Shown here: in pieces, positions 8,425 to 20,416 of the stretch
How positions within the stretch are numbered: the stretch's first letter is position 1
Layout: the number at the start of each line of letters is the position of its first letter
Source of the DNA: a bacterium
GTDB taxonomy: Bacteria; UBA8248
NCBI GenBank assembly: GCA_965261085.1
Contig: OZ253442.1
Location: 3,904,001-3,968,000 of the forward strand
Reading direction: 5' to 3'
Length of the DNA stretch: 64,000 nucleotides
Made by a program: the position numbers and the translations under genes
The notes under the pieces: model-generated
What the model was told of the DNA's origin: nothing
What the model saw: only the letters and a program-made list of their open reading frames with translations
The model's database searches: none

Positions 8425-9132
8425 ATGCGGATACCGGGCGTTCAGATCGAAAAACCCAAATCCCTGAGCAAAATGGTGTCGGAACAGATAAAAGACGCCA
8501 TTCTTAGCGGCATCTTCCAGCCTGGAGACAAGCTGGTCGAGACGACGCTGACCGAGTCGATGGGCGTGAGCAGAACGCCGCTTCGGGAAGCCTTCCGGGA
8601 ACTCGCCGCGGAAGGCTACATCACCATTGTCCCGCACAAGGGGGCGCACGTGAGCCTCGTGAGCGAGGATGAGGTGTTGGACATCTACGCCATCACCAGC
8701 GTACTCGAGGGCCTCGCCACGCGACTCGCGACCCCGAACCTCCACGAGGGAAGGGCGAACGAAAAGCTCCATGGGTTTTTCGAGCAGTTGAAGCGCCACC
8801 ATGAGCGCGGCGAAGTGGATGCCTACTGGGCGGCGAATCGCGATTTTCATCGCCACATCACGAGCGCTTGTGAAAATTCAAGACTCCAGGGGCTCATCGG
8901 GAACCTTCGGCAGCAGATTATGAAGACCCGCGTGGTGACGCTCCACGCGCCCGGGCGGCTCGGCGGCTCCATGGCCGAGCATGAGGAAATACTCCAGGCC
9001 ATCCTTGGCGGCGACGGGAGAACCGCCGAACGCCTAGTGATCAGGCATCTGGAAATTCAAGGAAAATTCGTGCTGGACCTCATCAAGAAATCACCTGACA
9101 ACGCAAGCGTCCCGGCCGCAGAACACGACTAG
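8425..9132 (+). CDS. GntR-family regulator (FCD domain)
   Basis: GVSRTPLREAF winged HTH; N..FH and EH..I motifs of the FCD domain. Confidence 0.92.
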   Translation: MRIPGVQIEKPKSLSKMVSEQIKDAILSGIFQPGDKLVETTLTESMGVSRTPLREAFRELAAEGYITIVPHKGAHVSLVSEDEVLDIYAITSVLEGLATRLATPNLHEGRANEKLHGFFEQLKRHHERGEVDAYWAANRDFHRHITSACENSRLQGLIGNLRQQIMKTRVVTLHAPGRLGGSMAEHEEILQAILGGDGRTAERLVIRHLEIQGKFVLDLIKKSPDNASVPAAEHD

Positions 9133-10244
9133 GAAAACACCTCGCGCACGCTTGCGCTCTCGATCCCCAGGGCTTTCGCCACGCCCGCGTGCGTGATGCG
9201 CCCCTCCGCCACGTTCAGCCCATTGGCGAGGTGCGGATTGCCCATCATGGCTTCTTTGATACCCGAGTTGGCCAACTCCAGGGCGTAGGGCAGCACGGCG
9301 TTCGAGAGCGCGATGGTGCTCGTCCGGGGGACGACCCCCGGCATGTTCGCCACCCCGTAGTGGACGACGCCCTCTACGACATAGGTGGGATCCGAGTGAT
9401 AGGTGGGCCGTATCGTCTCCACGCAACCACCCTGGTCCACCGCTACGTCGACGATGACGGCGCCGGGGTTCATCTCCCGCAGCATCTCGCGCGAAACCAG
9501 AACCGGCGTGCGTCCCCCGGGCACCAATACGGCGCCGATGACCAGATCCGCCTCGCGGAGAGCCTCCCGAACGGTGAAGCGCGTGGACACCAGAGTCTTG
9601 ACCCGGCCGTCGAAGATATCGTCGATATATTCGAGACGCGCGTGATTGATGTCGAACACCGTGACGCCCGCGTGCATGCCGACCGCTATTTTGGCCGCGT
9701 TCTTTCCCACGATGCCCGCTCCGAGGATGACCACGTTCCCACGGGGAACGCCCGGCGCACCGGCCAGCAGAACACCGCGCCCGCCCAGGTTTTTCCCCAG
9801 ATACTTGGCGCCTTCCTGCACGGCCATCCTGCCGGCTATTTCACTCATGGGCTGTAGAATGGGTAAAACGCCATCGGGAGAAGTCACCGTCTCGAAGGCG
9901 ACGCTGTAGGTTCCGCTCTCCACGAGCGCGCGGGCAAGGGGCTGGCAGGCGGCCAGATGCAAAAAGGCGAACAGAATCTGTCCCTCGCGCATCAGCGGAA
10001 ATTCTGATTCCAGGGGTTCCTTGACCTTGAGAATCATCTCCCCATCCGCCCAAAGTTCCTCCGCGGATGAAACGACCCGCGCGCCCACCGCCTCGTATTC
10101 CTCATCCCCGATGCCGGCGTCGAGTCCCGCTCCTTTTTCCACCATCACGGTGTGGCCCGCCTCCGCGAGAGCTTCTACGGCGCCGGGCGAGAGGGCGACG
10201 CGGTATTCATCCTGTTTGATTTCCCTGAGCACCCCGATTTTCAT
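9129..10244 (-). CDS. ald: Alanine dehydrogenase
   Basis: EIKQDEYRVAL, KVKEP, FLHLAA, PMSEIAGR, GAGIVG, DQGGC, VANMPG. Confidence 0.95.
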   Translation of the reverse strand: MKIGVLREIKQDEYRVALSPGAVEALAEAGHTVMVEKGAGLDAGIGDEEYEAVGARVVSSAEELWADGEMILKVKEPLESEFPLMREGQILFAFLHLAACQPLARALVESGTYSVAFETVTSPDGVLPILQPMSEIAGRMAVQEGAKYLGKNLGGRGVLLAGAPGVPRGNVVILGAGIVGKNAAKIAVGMHAGVTVFDINHARLEYIDDIFDGRVKTLVSTRFTVREALREADLVIGAVLVPGGRTPVLVSREMLREMNPGAVIVDVAVDQGGCVETIRPTYHSDPTYVVEGVVHYGVANMPGVVPRTSTIALSNAVLPYALELANSGIKEAMMGNPHLANGLNVAEGRITHAGVAKALGIESASVREVFS

Positions 10245-10696
10245 GAACCGTCCGCCCCCTCTTCCACAACATGAAACGTGCTCTCCGCCTCGGCGACGGC
10301 CCGGCCGTCTTCCGCCCTGGTCGCTTTTCCTTCCAGGACGACGAACCTGCCCTTTTTTTTCTTCAACTTCCCCTCGATCAACAAAGGAGTGCCGACCGGA
10401 AGGGGGTCGCGATAGCGGATTTCGCTTCTTGCCGAATAGGCGCGAATCCCTTTGAGGAAAAGCCAGTTCGCCATGACGTCATCGAGAACGCTGAATACGA
10501 TGCCGCCGTGGGTGACGCCGTCGTAGCCCTGGTGGACAGGCTTCGGCGTGAACTCGGCGCGGCAGACGTCGCCATCGAGCCGGAAAGTGATTTTCAAGCC
10601 AATCGGGTTCGCGGGTCCGCATACGAAACAACCATCCGCATCCAGGCGTCCTCTTGAATCAGACAATAGCTCGGTCTCCATTTCCGTATAGAGCAA
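10241..10696 (-). CDS. PaaI/hotdog-fold thioesterase
   Basis: CFVCG..NP.GL, HQGY.G..HGG, LDDVM; start may be 10681. Confidence 0.85.
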   Translation of the reverse strand: MLYTEMETELLSDSRGRLDADGCFVCGPANPIGLKITFRLDGDVCRAEFTPKPVHQGYDGVTHGGIVFSVLDDVMANWLFLKGIRAYSARSEIRYRDPLPVGTPLLIEGKLKKKKGRFVVLEGKATRAEDGRAVAEAESTFHVVEEGADGS

Positions 10697-10699
10697 AAC

Positions 10700-10730
10700 A
10701 AAAAAAGGAGAGCCTCAGCGGCTCTCCTTT
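10700..10730 (-). terminator. Intrinsic terminator after rplQ
   Basis: AAAGGAGAGCC/GGCTCTCCTTT stem with a U-tract on the minus strand. Confidence 0.8.
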
Positions 10731-10755
10731 CGGGAGTCTCTCATATCCGGTCCCC

Positions 10756-11178
10756 CTACCCTTCCCCTTGCGCCTCTTTTCTCTTCTGGCGTCGCTCCCG
10801 TTTCTCTGCTTCTCTCGTGGTGTCTCTGTCGATCAACTCGAGAAGCGCCATGGGCGCGGCATCTCCCTGCCGCGGAGGGAGGCGCAGAATTCGGGTATAG
10901 CCGCCGGGCCGCTCCGCATATCTCGGGGCGATGGCTTCCATGAGTTTGGCGACCGCAGCGGGGGTTTTAAGATAAGAGGCGACCTGCCGCCGCGCATGGA
11001 GCGTTCCTTTCTTGCCCGTGGTGATGATGCGCTCGGCGTGGCGGCGAACCTCCTTGGCCTTCGCCAGCGTCGTTCGCACCCTCTCCTCGTCGATGAGAGA
11101 AGTCACCATGTTCCTCGTCATCGCATCGCGATGTTTCGAGGTGCGTCCCAGTTTTCTTCCATGCCATCTGTGCCGCAT
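10756..11178 (-). CDS. rplQ: 50S ribosomal protein L17
   Basis: MRHR..GRKLGR, RPGGYTRI. Confidence 0.97.
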   Translation of the reverse strand: MRHRWHGRKLGRTSKHRDAMTRNMVTSLIDEERVRTTLAKAKEVRRHAERIITTGKKGTLHARRQVASYLKTPAAVAKLMEAIAPRYAERPGGYTRILRLPPRQGDAAPMALLELIDRDTTREAEKRERRQKRKEAQGEG

Positions 11179-11189
11179 CTATCTATGTC

Positions 11190-12209
11190 CTATTCTTGTA
11201 CGGAATCATCCTGGCCGCTCAAATCGCGCGGCGTGAGATTCATATAACTCAAATCCATCCCGAGGGACAAACCCATACCCGTGAGGATATCACGAATTTC
11301 ATTCAAACTCTTGCGCCCAAAGTTCCTCGTTTTCAGTAACTCGGCTTCGGTTTTTTGCACTAACTCGCCCAGCGTGCGGATACGCGCGTTTTTCAGGCAA
11401 TTATAGCTGCGAACCGAAAGCTCGAGCTCCTCCACGCTTCTGCTGAGACTCTCCACTATTCTTTGCTTGCGCTCATCCACCTTGGGCGCCTGGGGCTCAT
11501 GCTCTTCTTCGAAGTTGATGAATATCTGGAGATTGTCCTTTAGTATCTTCGCCGCGTGGGCAACCGCATCCACGGGAGCGATGGTTCCGTTCGTCTCCAC
11601 GTCGAGAATCAGCTTGTCGTAGTCCGTAATGTCACCCACCCGGGTTTTCTCCACCTGGAAGGTGCAGCGGCGGATGGGAGAGAAGATGGAGTCCATCGGG
11701 ATGAACTGAGGGCCGAGGGACAAATCCACGTTTCTCTCCGCAGGAACGTAGCCGCGACCGATGTTCGCCACGAGTTCCACCTCGATTTCCACCTCATCGT
11801 TCATGGTGGCGATCTCAACCTCGGGGGTCAGCACCTTCACACCCGCAGGGGCTTCGATATCTCCCGCCTTGAATACGTCGGCGGAACCCGAATGCCGATA
11901 ATGCATATGAATCGGGATAGTTTCCGACTCCACGTCAATGACGACGTCCTTAAGATTCAGGATGATTTCCGTCACGTCCTCCATGACGCCCGGAATACTC
12001 GAAAACTCGTGAAACACTCCCTCAATGCGCACACCCGTGAAAGCGGCTCCCTGCAATGAAGACAAGATCACACGGCGGAGCGCATTGCCCAGCGTAACGC
12101 CAAATCCGCGCTCCAAGGGCTCAGCGACAAAACGGCCGAAAGTATCGGTCAAACTTTCCGGCTGCGGTTCCAGGCCAGTGGGTTTGACCAGATCAGCATT
12201 GGCTGTCAT
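11190..12209 (-). CDS. rpoA: RNA polymerase alpha subunit
   Basis: [38 protein letters not shown]. Confidence 0.98.
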   Translation of the reverse strand: MTANADLVKPTGLEPQPESLTDTFGRFVAEPLERGFGVTLGNALRRVILSSLQGAAFTGVRIEGVFHEFSSIPGVMEDVTEIILNLKDVVIDVESETIPIHMHYRHSGSADVFKAGDIEAPAGVKVLTPEVEIATMNDEVEIEVELVANIGRGYVPAERNVDLSLGPQFIPMDSIFSPIRRCTFQVEKTRVGDITDYDKLILDVETNGTIAPVDAVAHAAKILKDNLQIFINFEEEHEPQAPKVDERKQRIVESLSRSVEELELSVRSYNCLKNARIRTLGELVQKTEAELLKTRNFGRKSLNEIRDILTGMGLSLGMDLSYMNLTPRDLSGQDDSVQE

Positions 12210-12276
12210 TTCTATTGGTCCTCCGTTCGGCGGTTGACCACTTTTTGAAACAAGTTGGTCGGATCGAATTCGTCAT

Positions 12277-12909
12277 TTATTTGGAATACAGTTCCACAAT
12301 TTGTTGCGCGTTGATGTCAAACAGAGACTCAATCAGAATGGGTGGCTCCATAACACGCGCTTGAAGATCGGCGTGATCCACGTCGAGCCATGCGGGAGCA
12401 CCGCGCACTTTCCCTTTCTCCACGCTTTGGACGATCAGCGCATTCTTCTTGCTTTTCTCTTTTATCTCGACGACATCGCCCTTGCTCACGACGAACGCCG
12501 GGCGATTCACCTTCTTGCCGTTCACCCGAACGTGGTTGTGAATCACCAGTTGACGCGCCTGATTGCGCGAATCCGCGAAACTCGCCCGGAATACGACGTT
12601 GTCGAGCCTGGATTCGAGCAGTGAAAACAGGTTGTCGCCGGTGACTCCCTTGCGCCGCGCCGCTTCTTTATAATAAAGCCGAAACTGCTTCTCCAGCACG
12701 CCGTACACCCGGCGCGCCTTTTGCTTCTCACGAAGCTGCAACCCGTATTCGCTCACCTTTCCCCGCGTACGCGCCGCGCCATGCTGCCCCGGCGGAAAGC
12801 TCCGTTTATCGAAAGAGCATTTATCACCAATACAGCGATCACCCTTCAAGAAGAGCTTCATCCCCTCTCTTCGGCAAAGCCGACAAACCGAATCCTTGTA
12901 TCGCGCCAA
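12277..12909 (-). CDS. rpsD: 30S ribosomal protein S4 (Zn-type)
   Basis: CRLCRREG..LFLKG.RC, LESRLDN, IVELYSK. Confidence 0.98.
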   Translation of the reverse strand: MARYKDSVCRLCRREGMKLFLKGDRCIGDKCSFDKRSFPPGQHGAARTRGKVSEYGLQLREKQKARRVYGVLEKQFRLYYKEAARRKGVTGDNLFSLLESRLDNVVFRASFADSRNQARQLVIHNHVRVNGKKVNRPAFVVSKGDVVEIKEKSKKNALIVQSVEKGKVRGAPAWLDVDHADLQARVMEPPILIESLFDINAQQIVELYSK

Positions 12910-12934
12910 AATTCAAACTCCCTCTTGCCTTGAC

Positions 12935-13336
12935 CTAGACCCGACGCCGCTTGCGCGGACGACAACCATTGTGGGGAATAGGCGTTACGTCACGAATGAG
13001 ACTCACCTCGAGTCCCGCCGCTGCCATCGAGCGAATCGCCGCTTCCCGGCCGGAACCGGGACCGCTCACGTATACTTCCACCGAAGTCACGCCCAAGTCC
13101 AACGCTTTTTTGGCGACATCCGTAGCAGCCATCTGCGCGGCGAAAGGCGTGCTTTTTCGAGAACCCTTGAAGCCTTGTCCGCCGGCCGTCGCCCAGCAAA
13201 CCACATTCCCGCCCGTGTCGGAAATCGAGATCATGGTGTTGTTGAAGGTCGCCAAAATGTGAGCCTGCCCCTTGCCGATGGCTCTACGCTCACGACGGCG
13301 CTTTCCACCGCGCTTTCCCCTGCCCACTTGCGCCAA
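12935..13336 (-). CDS. rpsK: 30S ribosomal protein S11
   Basis: [20 protein letters not shown]. Confidence 0.98.
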   Translation of the reverse strand: MAQVGRGKRGGKRRRERRAIGKGQAHILATFNNTMISISDTGGNVVCWATAGGQGFKGSRKSTPFAAQMAATDVAKKALDLGVTSVEVYVSGPGSGREAAIRSMAAAGLEVSLIRDVTPIPHNGCRPRKRRRV

Positions 13337-13374
13337 TTGAAATCTCCTGCCCTATGAGAGACGAAATCAAAAAA

Positions 13375-13749
13375 TCAGTTGTCCTTTTTCTTTGCGCCCA
13401 CCGTCTTGCGCGGTCCTTTGCGGGTGCGCGCGTTCGTGTGGGTTCTTTGCCCGCGAACGGGCAATCCACGGCGGTGCCGAATGCCCCGGTAGGTGCCGAT
13501 GTCCATCAATCGTTTGATGTTCATGGTCACCCTGCTCCTCAAGTCCCCCTCCACCGCATAGCCACGCTCGATAATCTCGCGCAAGGCCTGCACCTCGGCT
13601 TCGGTGAGGTCCTTGACCTTGGAGAAGGCATTGACTTTCGCTTCTTCCACTATCTTATTCGCGGATGTCCGCCCGATTCCATAGATATACGTCAAAGCGA
13701 TGTTGATGTTCTTATCATTGGGAATATCCACTCCGGAAATACGGGCCAT
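13375..13749 (-). CDS. rpsM: 30S ribosomal protein S13
   Basis: [25 protein letters not shown]. Confidence 0.98.
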   Translation of the reverse strand: MARISGVDIPNDKNINIALTYIYGIGRTSANKIVEEAKVNAFSKVKDLTEAEVQALREIIERGYAVEGDLRSRVTMNIKRLMDIGTYRGIRHRRGLPVRGQRTHTNARTRKGPRKTVGAKKKDN

Positions 13750-13779
13750 TCGCGTTCTCCTTTATTTCTTTATTGCCCC

Positions 13780-13893
13780 TCAGCCTTGTCGCTGTTTGTG
13801 CTTGGGGTTCGAACACAAGACGCGCACGATACCCTTGCGGCGGATGACCTTGCACTTATCACACATTGGCTTGACGGAACTTCTCACCTTCAT
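13780..13893 (-). CDS. rpmJ: 50S ribosomal protein L36 (not in ORF track)
   Basis: Hand translation [37 protein letters not shown]. Confidence 0.96.
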   Translation of the reverse strand: MKVRSSVKPMCDKCKVIRRKGIVRVLCSNPKHKQRQG

Positions 13894-13922
13894 GGCCTGA
13901 CTCCAAATCTCACTTGAAATAT

Positions 13923-14210
13923 CTACTTATACCGACTCGTGATCCGCCCTCTCGTCAAATCGTAGGGGGATAGTTCCACCTTGACATTGTCCCCAGGGAG
14001 AATCCGGATGAAGTGCATCCGCATTTTCCCCGAGATATGGGCCAACACCTTGTGGCCTCCTTCGAGTTCAACGCGAAACATCGCGTTCGGCAGAGGCTCC
14101 ACGACGATTCCATCCACCTCTATCACGCCTTCCTTGGGAGCCCTCTCCTCGCGCTCTACCTGATCGCGCTTCCTCTGCTTCCTGCTTCCCTGTCGACGAG
14201 GTCTCCTCAT
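13923..14210 (-). CDS. infA: Translation initiation factor IF-1 with basic N-terminal extension
   Basis: [30 protein letters not shown]; ATG overlaps map stop. Confidence 0.93.
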   Translation of the reverse strand: MRRPRRQGSRKQRKRDQVEREERAPKEGVIEVDGIVVEPLPNAMFRVELEGGHKVLAHISGKMRMHFIRILPGDNVKVELSPYDLTRGRITSRYK

Positions 14211-14959
14211 GCGGCCAAGCTCAGAATATCCGGGCCGTTTTCGGTAATGGCGACGGAATGTTCAAAATGCGCGGAGAGTTTTTCGTCCGCCGTAACAACT
14301 GTCCATTCATCGTTTAAAACCTTCACGTCATGAACGCCCATGTTCAGCATGGGCTCAATCGCGAGAACCATGCCCGCCTTCAACTCCGGCCCCGTGCCGG
14401 GTTCGCCGAAATTCGGAACCTGGGGTTCTTCGTGAAGATTCGTTCCCACCCCATGCCCCACATAGGAGCGAACCACCGAAAAGCCGGCGCTTTCCGCGTG
14501 CTTTTGCACGGCATGTGAGATATCAAACAACCGGTTGCCCGGTTTCGCCTGCTCGATTCCCTTGAAAAGCGACTCTTCACAACATTTCAACAATTTTTTC
14601 GCCTCGTTATCAACATTGCCCACTGGGAAGGTCACCGCGTGATCTCCATAATAGCCATACAATTTCGCCCCAACATCCACACTGACGATATCCCCCTCCT
14701 TGAGCTTCTTCTCGGAGGGCACCCCATGAACCACCTCTTCGTTGATCGAAGCGCATATCGTGTGCTGATAGCCTCTGTACCCCTTAAAAGCGGGTATCGC
14801 TCCTTCCCCGCGAATAATCCGTTCCGCCAAAGCGTCCAACTCCAGGGTCGTAACGCCCGACCGAATCGCTCTTTTGAGTTCCGCCATGACGCTCATCACC
14901 ACTCGGTTACTGGCTCGCAAACGCTCTATTTCTTTTCGTGAACGAAGGATAATAGCCAT
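14207..14959 (-). CDS. map: Methionine aminopeptidase type I
   Basis: [33 protein letters not shown]. Confidence 0.97.
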   Translation of the reverse strand: MAIILRSRKEIERLRASNRVVMSVMAELKRAIRSGVTTLELDALAERIIRGEGAIPAFKGYRGYQHTICASINEEVVHGVPSEKKLKEGDIVSVDVGAKLYGYYGDHAVTFPVGNVDNEAKKLLKCCEESLFKGIEQAKPGNRLFDISHAVQKHAESAGFSVVRSYVGHGVGTNLHEEPQVPNFGEPGTGPELKAGMVLAIEPMLNMGVHDVKVLNDEWTVVTADEKLSAHFEHSVAITENGPDILSLAA

Positions 14960-15588
14960 TAAGTAAGTACCTGGGCAATACCTTCCTCCACCCTCCGCGT
15001 GATTTCCTCGAAGCTACCCTCACCGTCGATTTCCGCGAGCTTGCTCTTTTCGCGATAAAACGCCACCAGCGGTTCGGTATGCTCTTCATACACCCGCAAG
15101 CGCCGAAGCACGGTGCTTTTCATATCGTCCTCGCGCTGGTAGAGGTCTCCCGCGCAGTCGGAGCAAAACGAGGTGTCCATGTGGGGATACACGGCGCCGC
15201 ATTTCTTGCACGTGAGCCTCCCCGCCAGACGCGACACCACGGCTTCACTCGATACGTTGAAATAGATAACCACATCCACGTCTTCCGGCAAAACCCTTTC
15301 CAGCGCCTCGCCCTGTTCAATCGTCCTGGGGAAACCATCCAGGATGAATCCATTATCGCAGTCCGCTCGGGAAATACGATCCTTGATAACCGATATGATG
15401 AGGTCATTCGGTACGAGATGGCCCTTGTTGATGATGTCCCCCACCTCCTGACCGAGCAGCGATTTGTCCGCCACCGCCTGGCGCAACATGTCTCCCGTCG
15501 AGATTTCGGGCACCTGCAGGGATTTCGAGAGCGAAGCGCCCTGGGTGCCTTTTCCCGATCCCGGAGGGCCTAGAAGAATAATTTTCAT
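14959..15588 (-). CDS. adk: Adenylate kinase (Cys4 LID)
   Basis: GPPGSGKGTQ, LDGFPRT, CKKC...CSDC, QREDD. Confidence 0.97.
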   Translation of the reverse strand: MKIILLGPPGSGKGTQGASLSKSLQVPEISTGDMLRQAVADKSLLGQEVGDIINKGHLVPNDLIISVIKDRISRADCDNGFILDGFPRTIEQGEALERVLPEDVDVVIYFNVSSEAVVSRLAGRLTCKKCGAVYPHMDTSFCSDCAGDLYQREDDMKSTVLRRLRVYEEHTEPLVAFYREKSKLAEIDGEGSFEEITRRVEEGIAQVLT

Positions 15589-15591
15589 TTG

Positions 15592-16910
<1,319 letters not shown>

Positions 16911-16914
<4 letters not shown>

Positions 16915-17423
16915 TCGCTTTTATCCTCCGGCTTCACGGCGAGGGCCACGATCTCGACGCTGCCGCCTGCGCTCTCGATTTTCCGGCGAGCCGATTCGCT
17001 GCATTTTTGAACTTTGAGGTGAATCACGCGATCCACCTCGCCCTCGCCCAGGAGTTTGACGCCGTCTTTGGCTAATTTCCGAACCAGGCCGGCGGCATGG
17101 AGGATACCAGCGTCAACGCTGGCGCCCGGCGCCAGTGCACCCAAACGGCCCACGTTCAACTCGGAGAACTTTTTTTTGAAACGATTGCTGAACCCGCGTT
17201 TCGGCAAGCGGCGCTGGAGCGGCATTTGTCCACCCTCGAAACCCACCTTTCGGCTATAGCCGGAACGCGATTTTTGCCCCTTGTGCCCACGCCCCGAGGT
17301 CTTGCCACTGCCGGAACCCGTTCCGCGTCCTACGCGCCGCCGGGAATTCACCGCCCCCTTCGGGGAGGACAAATCGCCCAGGCCCGTAAATGAATCTTCT
17401 GGCTTCTTATCGTTCTCGGACAT
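16911..17423 (-). CDS. rplO: 50S ribosomal protein L15
   Basis: [33 protein letters not shown]; start moved to ATG 17423. Confidence 0.95.
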
Positions 17424-17437
17424 ATGAATCCGGGGAA

Positions 17438-17626
17438 CTAGGCCCCCTCCTCCACTTCTAAGAGATGCTTGATCTTGAACACCATGCCGCGAATGCAAGC
17501 GTTGTCCGTCTTCACGACCGTTTGGTTAATCCGCCTCAGACCCAAGCCATGCAAAACAGCGCGCTGCTTCACACTCGAGCCGGAAGTGCTCTTTCTCAAG
17601 GTGATTTTAATCTTATCCTGCGCCAT
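17438..17626 (-). CDS. rpmD: 50S ribosomal protein L30
   Basis: [25 protein letters not shown]. Confidence 0.95.
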   Translation of the reverse strand: MAQDKIKITLRKSTSGSSVKQRAVLHGLGLRRINQTVVKTDNACIRGMVFKIKHLLEVEEGA

Positions 17627-17634
17627 CTTTTCCT

Positions 17635-18273
17635 CTATTCTTCTTTCGCGACGTCATCTTTGGCGTCGCCGGCCTCGCCATCCACGGTATCGCCATTCAC
17701 CGCCTCTACATCCGCAACCTCGGCATCTTCCGCTTCTCCGGCTTTTGCGGTGTCATCTTCAGTGCCGATCCCCCTGAGCGCGAAAACTTCTTCCCTGGTG
17801 CGCAGCGAGGACAAACCCTGCAGCGTCGCCTTGGCCGCGTTGTGCGGGTTATTCGTGCCGATGCACTTCGTCAATATGTCACGCACCCCAGCGACGTCCA
17901 GAACCGCGCGCACGGGACCGCCGGCAATGACGCCCGTTCCCCGCGCCGCCGGCTTGAGCAGCACGCGACCTGCGCCGTATTTGCCCATCGTTAGGTGGGG
18001 AATGGTCTCACGATCGAGGGCCACCTTCACCATCGACTTTCGGGCTTTCTCCACGCCCTTGCGAATGGCTTCGGGCACCTCGTTCGCCTTGCCCATCCCG
18101 ATGCCGACCTGCCCTTTTCTGTCGCCGACGGTCACCAAAGCGCTGAAACTGAAGCGCCTGCCGCCCTTCACCACCTTGGCCACGCGGTTCACGTAAATGA
18201 CCCGGTCGATGAATTCCCGCTCCTCGGGTTTCTCAGGCTCTCTGCCCCGGCCTCTTCTTGCCTCTCGCGCCAT
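17635..18273 (-). CDS. rpsE: 30S ribosomal protein S5 with acidic C-terminal tail
   Basis: [23 protein letters not shown]. Confidence 0.97.
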   Translation of the reverse strand: MAREARRGRGREPEKPEEREFIDRVIYVNRVAKVVKGGRRFSFSALVTVGDRKGQVGIGMGKANEVPEAIRKGVEKARKSMVKVALDRETIPHLTMGKYGAGRVLLKPAARGTGVIAGGPVRAVLDVAGVRDILTKCIGTNNPHNAAKATLQGLSSLRTREEVFALRGIGTEDDTAKAGEAEDAEVADVEAVNGDTVDGEAGDAKDDVAKEE

Positions 18274-18653
18274 CAGAAACTTACCCCCGTATCTCTCACG
18301 CTATCGGCCAGCGCCTTCACGCGGCCATGGTAGAGATAGCCGTTGCGATCAAAAACCACTTTTCCCACACCCTTGGCCTTCACGCGAACGGCCAGCAGTT
18401 TGCCGACGATGACGGCGCCCGCCACGTTGCTCCCGCCCGCGTTTTCAGCGTCCTTCGCCTCGGATGCGAAATCCTTTTCACGAGAGGTAGCCGCAGCCAG
18501 CGTTTCGCCCGAAACGTCATCTATCGCTTGGGCGTAGATGTGCGCACCGCTCCTGAAAACCGTCAAACGCGGACGCTCGCTCGTTCCGCGACTCTTCTTC
18601 CGGATTCTCGTCTTTCGCTTGAGTCTCGCCTCAAGCTTGCTCAGTCGACCCAC
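18273..18653 (-). CDS. rplR: 50S ribosomal protein L18
   Basis: [27 protein letters not shown]. Confidence 0.97.
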   Translation of the reverse strand: MGRLSKLEARLKRKTRIRKKSRGTSERPRLTVFRSGAHIYAQAIDDVSGETLAAATSREKDFASEAKDAENAGGSNVAGAVIVGKLLAVRVKAKGVGKVVFDRNGYLYHGRVKALADSVRDTGVSF

Positions 18654-18670
18654 TTCTCAAACCTCCCGCG

Positions 18671-19216
18671 CTACACGCCGGCCTTGCCGACCTTGCGGCG
18701 AACGGTCTCGTTCGCATAACGGATGCCTTTACCCTTATACGGCTCGGGGGGCTTCACCCTACGGATTTCAGCAGCCACCCAGCCCACCATCTGCTTGTCG
18801 ATGCCCTTCACCTTGATCGCCGTTCGAGTGCGGTCGCTCTGCACCTCGAAGGTGATGCCCTCGATCGGTTCGATGCTCACCGGATGTGAATATCCCACGT
18901 TCAGGACAACTCCCTTGTTCCTCTCCTCCACGCGGTATCCAAGGCCGATAATCTCGAGTTCCTTCTCGAACCCCTTCGTCACGCCTTCGACCATGTTGGC
19001 GATCAGCGAGCGCGTGAGGCCGTGCAGCGATTTATCCTGGCGGGATTCGCTGATTCGCGAAACAATGATGTTCTCCCCATCTATCTCCACCTTCGGCCTA
19101 TAGTGCAACTCGCGCTCAAGTTCACCCAGAGGCCCTTTGACGGAGATGTGGCGCCCATCGATCTTCACTTCTACGCCCGAGGGTATGGGAATCGGCATTT
19201 TTCCGATGCGTGACAT
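18671..19216 (-). CDS. rplF: 50S ribosomal protein L6
   Basis: MSRIGK, PPEPYKGKGIRY. Confidence 0.98.
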   Translation of the reverse strand: MSRIGKMPIPIPSGVEVKIDGRHISVKGPLGELERELHYRPKVEIDGENIIVSRISESRQDKSLHGLTRSLIANMVEGVTKGFEKELEIIGLGYRVEERNKGVVLNVGYSHPVSIEPIEGITFEVQSDRTRTAIKVKGIDKQMVGWVAAEIRRVKPPEPYKGKGIRYANETVRRKVGKAGV

Positions 19217-19226
19217 TCAAACCACC

Positions 19227-19628
19227 TCACCAAATTTCACAAAGAACTTCACCGCCCACACCCAGGTTTCTCGCTTCCTCGTCCGTCACCACGCCTCGCG
19301 ATGTCGTCAGGATGGCGATTCCCATACCATTGAGCACCTTGGGAACCGACTCCTTGTTCACGTACACCCGAAGGCCGGGCTTGCTCACGCGCTTGAGGCC
19401 GATCAACACCATCTTGCCGTCCTGAGGCGGTTTGAGTTCCACCTTGATCCGCGTCTGCCCCGTCGGGCCCGGTTCGATGTCGTATCCTTTGATGTAGCCC
19501 TGGGATTTCAGGATTCCAACGACTCGCGCCTTCAAGTGGCTACCTGGAATCACAAGGCTTTCATGACCCGCTCGCACCGCATTGCGAATGCGCGTCAGAA
19601 GATCGGCAATGGGATCAGTCATGCTCAT
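19227..19628 (-). CDS. rpsH: 30S ribosomal protein S8
   Basis: MSMTDPIADLLTRIRNA, SKPGLRVY; start moved to 19628. Confidence 0.97.
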   Translation of the reverse strand: MSMTDPIADLLTRIRNAVRAGHESLVIPGSHLKARVVGILKSQGYIKGYDIEPGPTGQTRIKVELKPPQDGKMVLIGLKRVSKPGLRVYVNKESVPKVLNGMGIAILTTSRGVVTDEEARNLGVGGEVLCEIW

Positions 19629-19644
19629 ATTCTTTGGTCTCCGT

Positions 19645-19830
19645 CTACCAACTCGACTTCGTGACTCCCGGAATATCGCCCTTGAGCGACAATTCACGGA
19701 AGCAGATTCGGCAAATCTTAAAACGCCTCAAGTAACCTCGCGGACGCCCGCAGCGTTGGCAGCGGTTGTACGCCCTAACACCGAACTTGGGCGTCTTCTT
19801 CTGTTTCGCAATCAAGCACTTTTTCGCCAC
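19645..19830 (-). CDS. rpsN: 30S ribosomal protein S14, Zn-binding type
   Basis: GTG start, 61 aa, RCQRCGRPR...CRICFR...KSSW. Confidence 0.96.
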   Translation of the reverse strand: MAKKCLIAKQKKTPKFGVRAYNRCQRCGRPRGYLRRFKICRICFRELSLKGDIPGVTKSSW

Positions 19831-19841
19831 AATATTTCCTC

Positions 19842-20393
19842 TTAAGTCACCCGGAAGGGAACGCCCAACTCGCGGAGCAGCGCCCTGCCCTCTTCGTCCG
19901 TGTTCGCCGACGTGTTCAGTACTACCCCGATGCCTCGGGATTTCTCCACCTTGTCGATATCGATCTCGGGAAAAATGACCTGCTCGCGAATCCCGAGGCT
20001 GTAGTTTCCGCGGCCATCGAAGGACTTTGAACTCAAGCCCCTGAAATCGCGCACGCGAGGGAGAGCCACGTTCACCAGGCGGTCCATGAAATCCCACATC
20101 CGCGCGCCACGAAGCGTCACCATTGCCCCGATGGGCATCCCTTCACGCAGCTTGAAATTCGCAATGGATTTCCTCGCACGAGTGATGACGGGCTTCTGAC
20201 CCGCGATGTTCGTCAACTCGGCGACGCCATTCTCAAGAGTCGCCGCATTTTGGACGGCCTCTCCGAGTCCCATATTCAACGTGACTTTCATAAGCCGTGG
20301 AATCTGCATGACGTTGGCGTATTCAAACTCCTTGCGGAGTTTTTCCATGATTTCGCCACGATAAAGCTGCAACATTCTAGACACATACGCCAT
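19842..20393 (-). CDS. rplE: 50S ribosomal protein L5
   Basis: [23 protein letters not shown]. Confidence 0.98.
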   Translation of the reverse strand: MAYVSRMLQLYRGEIMEKLRKEFEYANVMQIPRLMKVTLNMGLGEAVQNAATLENGVAELTNIAGQKPVITRARKSIANFKLREGMPIGAMVTLRGARMWDFMDRLVNVALPRVRDFRGLSSKSFDGRGNYSLGIREQVIFPEIDIDKVEKSRGIGVVLNTSANTDEEGRALLRELGVPFRVT

Positions 20394-20416
20394 TTCGATT
20401 AAAATCCTTCTCTCGC

